Positions 11,701-23,800 of a stretch of DNA of 64,000 nt are shown piece after piece. The position numbers and the translations under genes are program-made. The notes under the pieces were generated by a model. That model ran no database searches and was not told where the DNA came from. It saw only the letters and a program-made list of their open reading frames with translations. Positions within the stretch are counted from its first letter, which is position 1. Every line of letters begins with the position of its first letter. The stretch is from Macrostomum hystrix (taxonomy: Eukaryota > Animalia > Platyhelminthes), in contig CATNEN010000025.1 of the NCBI GenBank assembly GCA_950097015.1, forward strand, positions 5,456,001 through 5,520,000, read 5' to 3'.

Positions 11701-14380
11701 AGAATCAAACAGTAAGGACTTCTAGAATCAAACAGTAAGGACTTCTAGAATCAAACAGTAAGGACTTCTAGAATCAAACAGTAAGGACTTCTAGAATCAA
11801 ACAGTAAGGACTTCTAGAATCAAACAGTAAGGACTTCTAGAATCAAACAGTAAGGACTTCTAGAATCAAACAGTAAGGACTTCTAGAATCAAACAGTAAG
11901 GACTTCTAGAATCAAACAGTAAGGACTTCTAGAATCAAACAGTAAGGACTTCTAGAATCAAACAGTAAGGACTTCTAGAATCAAACAGTAAGGACTTCTA
12001 GAATCAAACAGTAAGGACTTCTAGAATCAAACAGTAAGGACTTCTAGAATCAAACAGTAAGGACTTCTAGAATCAAACAGTAAGGACTTCTAGAATCAAA
12101 CAGTAAGGACTTCTAGAATCAAACAGTAAGGACTTTTGTGCCAATCAATGAAAACATTAAAAAGGATTCGACTAAACGAATTGGGATAAATTTGTACATC
12201 GGCATTCGATCCCCTAAATCTCGCAGGACTTCGCCGGCTCCGGGGTGGTTCACATCGTCGGCGGCAGCGCGGCATTCGTCGCTGCAGCCATCCTCGGTCC
12301 GCGCATCGGCCGGTTCGACCCGGGTGCCGGCGGCAGGCCGAGCGACATCCGCGGCCACTCCGTGCCCCTGGCGTCACTGGGTGCCTTCATTCTTTATTTC
12401 GGTTTCTTCGCCTTCAACGGCGGCTCGCAGGCGTCCATAGCGGCTGCCGGCGATGGCCAGATTGTGGCCCTGGCGATGGTCAATACCTGCCTGAGCGGCA
12501 GCAGCGGCGCCATCGCCACAATGCTGATTGGCAGGCTGCGCTCGGCCACTTGGTCACTGCTGGCTACCATCAATGGGGGACTGGCCGGTGAGGATCTTTG
12601 TAGATTGGGATCTTTGCAGATTGGGATCTTGGTAGATTGGGATCTTGGTAGATTAGGATCTTGGTAGATTGGGATCTTGGTAGATTAGGATCTTGGTAGA
12701 TTAGGATCTTGGTAGATTAGGATCTTGGTAGATTGAGATCTTTGTAGATTGGGATCTTGGTAGATTGGGATCTTGGTAGATTGGGATCTTGGTAGGTTGG
12801 GATCTTGGTAGATTGAGATCTTGGTAGATGGGGATCTTTGCAGATTGGGATCTTGGTAGATTGGGATCTTTGCAGATTGGGATCTATTGTAGGATAAAAT
12901 TTTAAGTTTGGTAAAAGGTGAATGGGATTTCAGGATGAAAAAGAATAGGATTTTTAGGGTACTGCAGTTAAATGCAAAAACTAGAGGATTTGGGGATGTG
13001 GGACGGTGGCAAAATTGGGATTAAGAGAACATGAAAAGAAGACATAAAAACATCCCAGACTCGAATCTGCATCCGTCGCCCTGTCAGGCATGGTAGCAAT
13101 CTGCGCCGGCTGCAACTCCATGCATCCGTGGGGCGCCGTTGCCACGGGCGCAATCGCCGCAGTTTTCTACCTGGCCTGGGCTCAGCTGGTGCTGAAAATC
13201 GGCATCGACGATCCGCTCGAAGCTGTCGGCGTTCACTTCGGCGGCGGCGTCGCCGGCGTCCTCTGCGTGCCGATCTTCCACGCAGCTCACGGGGTTCTCA
13301 TCGCGCCGAGCAGGCAGACAGCCACAGACATCGTCTGCCAGCTGGTTGGCATCGGCGCCCTGACCGCCTGGTCCGGCGGCCTGGCCCTGCTGATGTTCGG
13401 CGGACTCCGCCTAGCCGGGATGCTGCGCGTCAGCGAGGAGATGGAGATCCGCGGCCTGGACGTGCCGAAGCACGCCGAGCCCGCCTACCCGCTGGTAGCC
13501 TACGGGCACGGATGGGAAGACGGTGAGTTTGTGAGGCTTGCAGTTTGCATAATTAGGGGATATTGTCTGGCTTTTGCACCTTTGGGTCTTTCAAGATGTA
13601 CGAGAACTTTTAGGGTCACGGGTTCGGGTCAGTGGCAGAACGATCTAACCCGTTTGCCTCTTGCACCAAGGTCCCTGAGTTCGATTCCGCAGCGAGGCCA
13701 TATTCATTTGGGGCGCAGCCGTGGAGAAAAGGCTTGGGGGCTTGTCGTGCAATATTCGCTATTTCGGGCCAACCTCCAAGGCTCAGTAGGAGTGTACACT
13801 GCCTGACGATGAGAAAGTCAGGGCAGATGTACACACCTGTGTGAGCGTGTGCCTGCGTACAGTATCTCTGTGAGTGTGTGCTCAGGAGTCAGCGGAATGG
13901 TCGGAATTGCCTCCTCGCTGGCTGCTGGTCTAGGGTCACCGATTGATTTTCCATTGCTACAGCCCTCCTGCAATTATTATTATTAACTGAACCGTTTTTC
14001 TTAAATTTAAAATTTAATAAAAGCACTACTTATAGTAGAAGCCATTTATCGCTCGCTTCAGTTGTCCCAGATCTGTCGCCAGCGGGTATGGAAGCCTACA
14101 TGCACGCTAAGCGTAGAGATTTTGCAGGTGAGTCACCTATTTATTGCTCTTAGTTATTTATTTGAGTTTTTATGATCAACTGACTGCTTGAGAAGGACGT
14201 CACGTGACTAATCAATTAACAGGCGCTCCTACTGCCGACGCAGCTCAGAGCAGCAGCAGCAATGGCGGCGGCGGCGGAGGAGGAGGAGGGCGTCGAGTTA
14301 AAATTGGGAGTAACTTCGAGCTGGGAACTCGAAACGGCGGCGGAGGATACGACAATACTGCGGTTGATATGCACTTTTAA
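8510..14380 (+). CDS. amt: Ammonium transporter (Amt/MEP family, invertebrate Amt type), 7 exons, about 523 aa
   Basis: join(8510..8720,9427..9657,10709..10818,12227..12587,13088..13522,14062..14127,14223..14380) = 1572 nt, all GT-AG, phases consistent. Motifs: MQCGFAFLEAGAVRSKN, FQFMFAATAATIVSGAVAER, VYPVVTHWAW, DFAGSGVVH (first pore His), FGFFAFNGGS, DDPLEAVGVH (second pore His). Confidence 0.95.
8783..9303 (+). mobile_element. Decayed hAT-type MITE containing a 16-bp minisatellite (Amt intron 1)
   Basis: Left end CAGGGGTCGGATACT; right end ...GTATCTGGC...TGTTTGCCGATCCCGG resembles the right end of 42832-44466. Flanks ACATTGTG / ACTTTGCA match 5 of 8. Confidence 0.55.
8855..9210. repeat. 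16-bp minisatellite GGGGAGAGATGGGACA
   Basis: Direct inspection; same family as 9725-10580 (inverted), 37930-39195 and 42915-44370. Confidence 0.95.
9427..9657 (+). CDS. amt: Amt exon 2 (231 nt, symmetric phase 1-1)
   Basis: TCGCAG acceptor; FIGGIAYYLIGYALAFG...VSGAVAERCEF; donor at 9658. Confidence 0.93.
9725..10580. repeat. 16-bp minisatellite TCTCATCTCTCCCCTG (inverted relative to 8855-9210)
   Basis: Reverse complement is CAGGGGAGAGATGAGA. Confidence 0.95.
10709..10818 (+). CDS. amt: Amt exon 3
   Basis: AACAG acceptor; GFVYPVVTHWAWDPTGWL...AYQ; GTGAG donor. Confidence 0.93.
10950..12134. repeat. 23-bp minisatellite, about 50 highly homogeneous copies (GGACTTCTAGAATCAAACAGTAA)
   Basis: Direct inspection; fills Amt intron 3. 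Confidence 0.98.
12227..12587 (+). CDS. amt: Amt exon 4
   Basis: TCGCAG acceptor; DFAGSGVVHIVGG...TINGGLA; GTGAG donor. Confidence 0.95.
12590..12890. repeat. 16-bp minisatellite GATTGGGATCTTGGTA
   Basis: Begins immediately after the Amt exon 4 donor. Confidence 0.93.
13088..13522 (+). CDS. amt: Amt exon 5
   Basis: GMVAICAGCN...IDDPLEAVGVHFGGG...GLDVPKHAEPAYP; GTGAG donor. Confidence 0.95.
13626..13842 (+). mobile_element. tRNA-derived SINE family B copy
   Basis: Head GGGTCAGTGGCAG...GAGTTCGATTCCGC; body GGGCGCAGCCGTGGAGAAAAGGCTTGGGG...GATGAGAAAGTCAGGGCAGATGTACACACC is shared with 20474-20693 and 29886-30042. Confidence 0.85.
14062..14127 (+). CDS. amt: Amt exon 6 (66-nt cytoplasmic tail exon)
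   Basis: CTTCAG acceptor (alternative in-frame CAG at 14070); VPDLSPAGMEAYMHAKRRDFA; GTGAGT donor; phase 1-1. Confidence 0.75.
14223..14380 (+). CDS. amt: Amt exon 7 (terminal)
   Basis: AACAG acceptor; APTADAAQSSSSNGGGGGGGGGRRV...YDNTAVDMHF*; frame fits. Confidence 0.75.
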
Positions 14381-14789
14381 ATACGGACCTGTTGGACTTA
14401 ACAATGATAACTAACAGTAACTGGGCGGTCTGCGAGCGTAGGTAGCTGCCACAAATCATTATTCACCTTGTGTGACAAAATCCAGGTATTTGAGTCTGTA
14501 AAACGGATAAGTATGAGTTAGACGCAGTTTAGTTCATAGATTATCTGCACTGGCTTAATTTTCTTATATCCAGCACATTGATTGTAATTCTACACTAATT
14601 GCGCTTCTCATATAATATTTCTATTGAATATATTTTTTCTGAGTTGCACCACGTCGAATAATTGTACTTTACCAAAAATACAGCTAAGCTATTTTTACGA
14701 CACCTGACAGTAACACAGAATTTTTAATTAATTCCTCAGTTGTTAGTTCGAGAATAACTAACTGCTGCTCGCCGCTACTCACTGCTACT

Positions 14790-15700
14790 CCTTCAAACAA
14801 CCACCTCACTTCAACTCTTTCAAACACCAACCTCACTCCAACTCTTTCAAACACCAACCTCACTCCAACTCTTTCAAACACGCACTTCAATCCTACTCTT
14901 TTAAACACCCACCTCACCCCAAATCATTTGAACACCCACCTCACCCTAGCTCCATTTAAACACCAACCTCACTTCAACTCCATTTAAACACCAACCTCAC
15001 TCCAACTCTATTTAAACACCAACCTCACTCCAACTCTTTCAAACACCAACCTCACTCCAACTCTTTCAAACACCAACCTCACTTCAACTCCATTTAAACA
15101 CCAACCTCACTCCAACTCTTTCAAACACCAACCTCACTTCAACTCTATTCAAACACCAACCTCACTCCAACTCTTTCAAACACCAACCTCACTCCAACTC
15201 TTTCAAACACCAACCTCACTCCAACTCTTTCAAACACCAACCTCACTCCAACTCTTTCAAACACCCACCTCACTCCAACTCTTTCAAACACCAACCTCAC
15301 TCCAACTCTTTCAAACACCAACCTCACTCCAGCTCCATTTAAACACCAACCTCACTCCAACTCTTTCAAACACCAACCTCACTCCAGCTCCATTTAAACA
15401 CCAACCTCAATTCAACTCCATTTAAACACCAACCTCACTCCAACTCTTTCAAACACCAACCTCACTTCAACTCTATTTAAACACCAACCTCACTCCAACT
15501 CTTTCAAACACCAACCTCACTCCAACTCTTTCAAACACCAACCACACTTCAACTCCTTTGAGCACCCACCTCACCCCAACTCTTTCAAACTCCAACCTCA
15601 CTCCAACTCCATTTAAACACCAACCTCACTCCAACTCTTTCAAACACCAACCTCACTTTAACTCCTTTAAGCACCCACCTCACCCCAACTCCTTAAAATC
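14790..15700. repeat. 27-bp minisatellite CAAACACCAACCTCACTCCAACTCTTT
   Basis: Direct inspection; the 9-aa periodic ORF RLVFERVGV confirms the period. Confidence 0.95.
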
Positions 15701-17041
15701 CCATCCCACTAGCAATTTAACTCGCAAGCCAATAACCAACACAAATTATATTTAAACGAAAGTAACACACTTGTATTTCTTTTTTGCATATATATTTTTT
15801 TAAGAAGTAGCTTCTTCACAAGCCAGTCAGAAAATTTTCTTTGCTTTAGAATTAAGAGCTTAAGAATTGAATTTAACAGGACGGCTAGACGGCTAGTCTG
15901 AGCTAGTCAGGTGTGTACTTTAGCGATAAGGTTATATCAAGGAGTGGCTTTTCCACTTGCGTATGACAAATGGAAACAGCCTGACCCTCCTCCAAATGTT
16001 ACTGGCTGAGGTCAGTCACGTGATGTTGTATGAATTGTGTTGAAAGGAGGGCTCTACATTGGTTTTCTAAAAATAGCAACAAAGAAATCTGCTCGACCAA
16101 TCAAATTCTAGGACCTAAGTTCACTAGGCCTTAATGATTTTATAACTGGGGTGTTCAACTTGTACATCTCGTACACTCGTAGATGAATAGTGAGGAGCTA
16201 AGAGTATATTTATAAGCAGGCAGTGAAATAGCTGTGTTTAATTTCGTGGCACAAAATACAAATAGCGAATCATGAAATGATTTAAAATTTAATTTTAATT
16301 GTAGACCATATTAATATGGATTTAAACAAACTAATAGTAGAGACAAACAAAAATATTGGGCTTCATTGCACATGGTTAGCGTCCTTATAACTTAAAAAAT
16401 CTGGTAAACAATGCCAGTCTTTAAAAAATAACAAAAATTAACCTATACAAATTTACATTTTTTGATATTACAATTACTTCTTCGCTTTAAGCTATACAAA
16501 AATCTAATATGCGTATGTACAACAGTTTCTTTAATAAGGAAATCTCTATATAGCTCGTGCGATGAAGGATGCGGAGGGGCGTTTTGTCAGAAGAAAAAGC
16601 TTTGGACTAGTGTGTACTTTGTTATAATGCAGTTTAAGCTGATTTCTCATCCAATTTTTCAGAACAAGAATGTCATGCATACTTTCTTTCTACTGACAGT
16701 AGAGAACTAGGCAAAAAGCAAGCAAACAAAATAGACCGATTCAGCTGCAACCTTAGCAGCCTAAACATCAGAAGCCATTGAAAAGCTTATAAGAGAGATA
16801 TAACATAATCGATGTCATGTTTATTATGAGAGCATTTTAGATAAGCATTAGAAAGTTCTTTACAGATCTACTCATAGTAATAGAAATGCTAGGATCGGAA
16901 GGTAGTTAGGGAGAGAAAGAGAGCAGAGGGGGCAAGAAAATAATATGGGGATGAGGGAGACAATTAGAAAGGGGTTGAGAAGAAAGGTGAGATTAAGATA
17001 AGATAAGAAATTATGATAAGAAAAACCTAACTTTTAAATGC

Positions 17042-17190
17042 GTACCAGCATTAGCTGGGGTAGTTGAAGGTGGGTGTCACGTCCCCCAGTCCATGGACTC
17101 AACAGCCGTACGCAGCCTTTAGATGCGCCGTGCAATCGGCTGCAAATCTGGTCGAATTGGTGCAGGTGTAATCAACTATCATTAATATTA
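17042..17190 (+). mobile_element. SINE family A, 5'-truncated copy
   Basis: GTACCAGCATTAGCTGGG...CCCCAGTCCATGGACTCAACAGCCGTACGCAGCC...GGTGTAATCAACT matches the family A 3' half. Confidence 0.8.
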
Positions 17191-17561
17191 ATTTAAAGAG
17201 ATGTTCGCTCTTAAAATAGAATAGAAATTACATCTAGCCCAGTTGTGCCTGGTGTACAGCCAGTTTCACAGCCGCAGCTGTAATATAGCGCAGCGATTTT
17301 AAAGGCAGGCAACAATTGTTCATTCCATGGACTGGGAGTGCCAAATTTCTACTCCAGCGATTCTTGGCACACAATTTTGCAGCCAGGTGAACTGGATCAA
17401 GGAGCAATTAAAGCAAAGAAAGCGAAGAATTGAAAAGACAATTAACAAAACGTTAGTTAGGAAGGATTGAGGAAACTAAATAAGAGCGATGGGGACAGGG
17501 AGACAGAGAAAAATTATAACTTTAGTAAATAAAAGTGAACTGAGGAACAAGTCACTGAACA

Positions 17562-17835
17562 TCAATGCCAGCTTTCCGGCTCCTGCTCCAGCAGACAGGC
17601 CGCGTCCTGGCGCCCCATGGCTTTGAGAGAGTCGGCTAGCTCGGACAGGGCGCCGTCACCGCGGCAGCGGGCCTCCCACAGGTCCAGCAGACAGTCGGTG
17701 GGGCTGGGCCGGCCCACGAGCTGGCTCACCAGCCGCTCCATGCCCATTAGGCGGGCCAGCATGCGCCAGTCGCTGCCGCGGCAGCTTGGCGTATCAAGAA
17801 GTCGGCAGATGGCCAGGCGGAGCCGGGGCGGCAGT
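17562..17835 (-). CDS. unc5: UNC5 exon 12, death domain
   Basis: [14 protein letters not shown]...RGSDWRMLA...[12 protein letters not shown]...MGRQDA; CCCAG acceptor; TGA stop. Confidence 0.93.
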
Positions 17836-20800
17836 CTGGGAGTTTCCAGAGATATAGGACAGTAAACTGCGATTCTTCCAAAATTTTCAAGGCCATCTCG
17901 CATCCAGGCTATTTTAGCGGTCTTTTACAATCATTTTTTATCAATATTGGTACCATTCTAAAAACAATAGCTTGTTTATGGAAGGTGAGCCAGCCTAATT
18001 ACCTGAATACTGTTTGCAGCGGGTCGGCGTGTATACCCACTCGGCTGGAGGCCAGCATGGACGTTGACGGGCACAGCGGATTTGAGCCAGGAAGCTGAAG
18101 GTAAAATGAACGGAACTTTTGCGAAATGGGGTTTAAAATTACTGATCTCTAATACGAAAATCCGTGGTGTTTTAATGACTAGTCTGGTACAATAAAATGT
18201 GAGCGTTTAGATAATGAAACGGGTTTATAAGCAGTCTAGTATGTTAAACTTCAAGGGGGTTCAAATAACTAGTCTAGTATACTAAAGTGTAAGGCATCCA
18301 AACCACTGTTGCAGTATACTAAAACTGAAGAGACTCGAGAATATAGCCTAGTAAGCGAAAATTCTGGGGGTCTAAATAACTAGTCTAGTATACTAAAATT
18401 CTCAGCTCTTAGCTCTTAGAATTCTCACATCACTCTTGCTGCTGACGATGTGCACCACCTGTCGGCTATTGTAGTAGTGATTTTGGTAGACAACAATCTT
18501 GCACGATACGCTCTGCCTCGTCGGATCGACGTGCTCCAAGCCGAATGCGCAGTGCAGTCCAGCCTGGCCGCCGCTCCACACGTGAGCAAATGGGATCTCC
18601 TGGTAGTATGCAAAGGCGGAATTTAAGTAGCAAGTCATCATTACAAGTGGAGTCTGCATTCACAAAAAAGTGAAATCTGACCTGATACTTCGACTTGGAC
18701 CGCCAGCCTAGAGACAGTTCCTCAATGCTGAAGCACAGCTGCTGGCCGCCGTCGCGAAATGCCAGCTGTCTGGGACAGTCTACGAGCCTGGCGCCTGCCT
18801 CCTGCTCCTCCAGAACCAGCGCCGACTCCAACGCATCTGGCGTATCCGGTAGCACGTGCAGCCGCAGGCAGAAGTCCGCTGATGATTGCAACGGCGACGA
18901 GGCGAAGGCGGCCAAGCGGAGCAGTTTGACAGCGTTGCCGCCCTCCTGCGATTGGCCAACTAGGCAGTAGCGGCCGAGACGCGGTGCAAGCAGGTGGCAC
19001 ACACCAGCGTCCAGGTGACGAGGGGCACTTGAGGGGTCCATCTCTTGCCAACGCTGAGATGGAGGCGGATGCTGCTGCTGTTTCTGCTGATGTTGGTTTC
19101 TTAGGTTCGGCACGCCGTATATAAGGCATCTAAAGATAAAATAATAATGAGGCTATAAGTTCAAGCTATAAATGAAAAGGAAAACTAGGAGACATGAAAG
19201 CAGCTTGAATGCTGCAGAGACCTGGCGCTTGTCTTCTGTTGCGTCTGCAGCTCCGAGGCTGAGCATTCGCCAGTCTCATTGCCATCATCGCAGTCGTCAA
19301 GTTCGTCTTCTTCGTTTTCATCGACTGTGTCGTCCGGGTTGGAGGTGATAGCTGAGGCGCAAGCACCGACGGAGGGTCTCAGCTCGCCGGAGCCTCCGAT
19401 GACGCCAACACCGGCTGCCGTGGAATCGTCACAGTAGAGTACGGAGACGCTCCAGAATCCATGGCGCAGGCATGCAGCATGCGGAAGGCTCAGCACAGAT
19501 GGCTTCAGCGTCGCCAAACCAGAAGGTCCGCAGGCTATGACTGGGCTGAGCAGGGTCTGTTTGTCTGTGAGCATCGGCCCCATGCCGGCGTCTCGGCAGG
19601 CGGCTAGAAACACCTCGTCCGGTCCCTGCGGCCCGATCGCGTTGGCAGGAATGGTCAGTGCTACTCCTTAAATAAAGGAAGAGGATTGGAATTGGAATTG
19701 AGCCTTAATTGGTTCGTGCATTTGAGTACACTCTACTAATGTGGGTTTATGGTTTTCTATAGAGCGGAGAGTTCAATGAGGTGGATAAATTCCTTTGTTA
19801 GTGCTTATAGTCCATTAGTACGTAAGCGCTTTGAGTTTACGAATGTACATCCGTGTACATACGCGCATCACTCACAGGAGGGAGTTGGACTTGTTGCTTA
19901 CTCTGGGCAATCTAAAACTCTACCCCCCGACAGGGGAGATGTACATCTGTATACAAAGAACAGTCAGAGGAGAGAGAGATAAATTTTGTCGTAAAATATA
20001 TCCCAACGTACTGTGGACCTGTGTACACAGAAATAGGCGGAAAAGTTGATAAGGAGTGATGTGGCTGTCAATGTCTTTATACAGTTGGATTACCAAGCCA
20101 TTTTTGCCGCCCGTTTTTATACCCAAGGGGATTTATTTTTGTGCTTCACCCGAACGTAGCAAAGCAAGCACTCAAAACTCAAGTATACGGGCGAAATTTT
20201 TGTTGGGCATCTTCTGAAGCAAGAATCATGTCGTCAGCTATTCAGACCGTCGAGATATTCAACGGTTCTGGCTGAAGATTTTCTGATTTTCCCCGTAAGA
20301 GCTAGTGTATTACACTCCTATACACGAATTTTCACTGTGCCTCAGTGCAGCCTTGCTAGGCCATAGAACTTTATCAGCACGTCATCCGACCTTTAGACAG
20401 ACAGAGCTGTTGGCTCTGGTGTTTGAGTTTCGTGTGCTTGCGTTGCTCCGTTCAGGTGCAGCAAAAATAATTTCACAGGGTGTGTACATCTGCCCTGACT
20501 TTCTCATCGTTAGCCAGTGTACATTACACTGTGCCTTCGAGGTTGGAGGCCGTCAAGGGCGTAAATTGCACGACTAGCCCCCAAGCCTTCTCTCCGCGGC
20601 TGCGCCCTAAATGAATTTGGCATCGTCGCGGAATCGAACTTAGGGACCTCGGTGCGAGAGGCAAAAGCGTTAACCGCCCTGCCACCGACCCCCTTTCTGC
20701 ATCATTGAGTCTCACCTGATTCCGTGAGGCAAAGCCGACCGCCCTCCGACCCGATGCTGCCCCAGGCCAGCTGGTCAACGCAAACATTCGGCGGCACAAA

Positions 20801-23800
20801 GCTGGCCATCACGTGACTGCCCAGCGACAGCTCATGATAGAGCGCCGAACAGGGTCGCGACGACTTGTTGTTTTCAGCTGGGCTGGCTGGACAACAGCCC
20901 GAAGGCAGCTGAGGCCGGCCGATGCTCTGGTAAGTGGGCGACATCGGCAGCTGAACTCGGAGGCCTTGCTCGCTTTGCACAGGCGACTTGTGCTGCAACT
21001 GATGCTGATGCTGCAGCTGGAGTTGATGCTGATGCTGCTGATGCGACAGAAGCTGCTGGCTGCACATCTCAATAGCGTTAGCCGCTCCGCCAACTGATGC
21101 TGTACTCTTCGCTTGCCCGTTCGCTTCCGGTGGCAGAAGCAGCTCTGCAAGCGAGTGCGAAATCAGTACTCACTACTCATAGCACTATAATGAGTGTGCA
21201 GTGCTTCCGTACATCAGCTAAACTTCACCCGTCGATATCTTTGAAAAAAATCGCGCTTAGTTATCGATCGATTTCGACACAAGCCGAGAAAAAAACACGA
21301 AGCAAAACATTTATTGGCGCTTAACACTACGAGCATTTGCAACTGAGATGACAAATTATTGACTGAGGTAAATATTAGTCATAAATAAGCCTTGAACCCG
21401 CCATCAATCACAGTTTGGCATAGCAGAGGTTGGCACAATGCCCTGACAATGCACAATGCCTTACAGCTCATGGGAATGTCCATTGTACTGGCGCCAATTC
21501 TGATTAAGAATAGGAGTAGGATACAATGACGTTGAAAGTTAAGATTGATTGGAGCTAGTTTTGCATTGAGCTGGGTCAGTGGGCAGAACTGATCATATGA
21601 ACTGGATAAAGTTATGGAATATGAGTTGATTAAGCATAGATGTACAAGAACCCAACGAAGCTACTAAGCTACAAGAACATAATATCCATATTGGTTCAAT
21701 AATGAGTCCATCTGTCGCAGAGAGCTTTCAGCTTCCCAGGCACTAGGGTCCCCTTCAACACCGTCAGGAGCATCGGCAGCGACCGCCGCGAACTTCAACA
21801 AAAGTAGCCGTCTTTGAGATGCCGATGCCGATCGTTTGTGAAGCCAACATGGTCTCGTGATGAAACTTTGTGGGCAGGAAAAACTACGCCTTTATTGGTT
21901 GTTTTGGCTACCTGATACCGATGTTCTAGATTCTAGCCCGTGTTCAGGATTTTCATGGCGATCGGTTCAACAATTTGAGAGACACCCCCACAGGTGGTCT
22001 TTCTACTGTTAACGTTTTGTAAGTAACGAATTTTAAGTCGTTCAAATTATTGTTGAAATAAGCAAATTTCTAAACGGCAAATAGGGAAACAGTTTTGTAA
22101 TTGACACTCGCCCCTATGAGTCATACATTGCATGATTTCATTAATCTTCCAGTGAACCGCTGACTATGAGAAACTTCTCGAATGACCCAACGCCCAGTTT
22201 CTTCTCTTTCTTTTCTTTTAGCAAAATAAAATTCATTTCAAGCGAGAGACTCGCTTGAAAATTCTTCCAAGATTGATTAGTAATAAGCGAAAGGGTCGCC
22301 AAGAGAAGGATTGTCACGGTTGGCTGACCATGTCATTGACAAATTGCTATTTCAGCTTAACAATTTGAGCTTGATTCTGGAGCGCTGGAAAAACTTCCTC
22401 GTCGGTTCTAAAAACTTACTGCAGCGATGCCAGAACGGCGAGGGAAAATATTCACTCCCACACTCAAAGCCAGAAAGAGTTGAACCTGCCTGAGTTTGAG
22501 TCCAATATCTAATTAGGTGAGCAAACAAGATCCCAAAATACTGCTCCGCCCTGCTCACTGCCGCAGGTTTTCTGCTGTTTGCCATCGCTGCTGCCACATG
22601 GCGAGGTCAAAGTGCCACTGACTCTCTTTTTATTCAGATTAATTTTACAAAAAACTACTTTAGGATGAAGGCTGGAAAATGAAAAGTATTGCTAGTTTAA
22701 CCTGTCAAACTATATACGTAAAAACCAAATTAAGTCAACTTGGTTCTGGTTAAGAAAAAACTCTTTAGACTAATACAAAGACTAATACTAATACAAAGAC
22801 TACAAAATCTAGAATATGAAGGATCTGCAGTTCCTCAATGCTAAGACTCCAGCTGCGATTCCTGTCTACTTAGAATCTAGCTGCGATTCCTGTCTTCTTA
22901 GAATCTAGCTGCGATTCCTGTCTACTTAGAATCTAGCTGCGATTCCTGTCTTCTTAGATAGAATCTAGCTGCGATTCCTGTCTACTTAGAATCTAGCTGC
23001 GATTCCTGTCTTCTTAGATAGAATCTAGCTGCGATTCCTGTCTTCTTAGAATCTAGCTGCGATTCCTGTCTACTTAGAATCTAGCTGCGATTCCTGTCTT
23101 CTTAGATAGAATCTAGCTGCGATTCCTGTCTACTTAGAATCTAGCTGCGATTCCTGTCTACCTAGAATCTAGCTGCGATTCCTGTCTTCTTAGAATCTAG
23201 CTGCGATTCCTGTTCTACTTAGAATCTAACTACGATTCCTGTCTACCTAGAATCTAGCTGCGATTCCTGTCTTCTTAGAATCTAGCTGCGATTCCTGTCT
23301 TCTTAGAATCTAGCTGCGATTCCTGTCTTCTTAGATAGAATCTAGCTGCGATTCCTGTCTACTTAGAATCTAGCTGCGATTCCTGTCTTCTTAGATAGAA
23401 TCTAGCTGCGATTCCTGTCTACTTAGAACCTAGCTGCGATTCCTGTCTACCTAGAATCTAGCTGCGATTCCTGTCTTCTTAGAATCTAGCTGCGATTCCT
23501 GTTCTACTTAGAATCTAACTACGATTCCTGTCTACCTAGAATCTAGCTGAGATTCCTGTCTTCTTAGAATCTAGCTGCGATTCCTGTTCTACTTAGAATC
23601 TAGCTGCGATTCCTGTCTTCTTAGATAGAATCTAGCTGCGATTCCTGTCTACTTAGAATCTAGCTGCGATTCCTGTCTACTTAGAATCTAGCTGCGATTC
23701 CTGTCTACTTAGAATCTAGCTGCGATTCCTGTCTACTAAGAATCTAGCTGCGATTTCTGTTCTACTTAGACTCTAGCTGCGATTCCTGTCTACTTAGAAT

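Noticed and set aside
17290-17410. Additional degenerate SINE A relative (CATTCCATGGGACTGGG...AGCCAGGTGAACTGG)
   Set aside because: Only two short motif matches; too diverged to support without an alignment search.
22311-22597. Short ORFs on both strands in UNC5 intron 6
   Set aside because: No recognisable homology, and the UNC5 model is complete and in frame without them.
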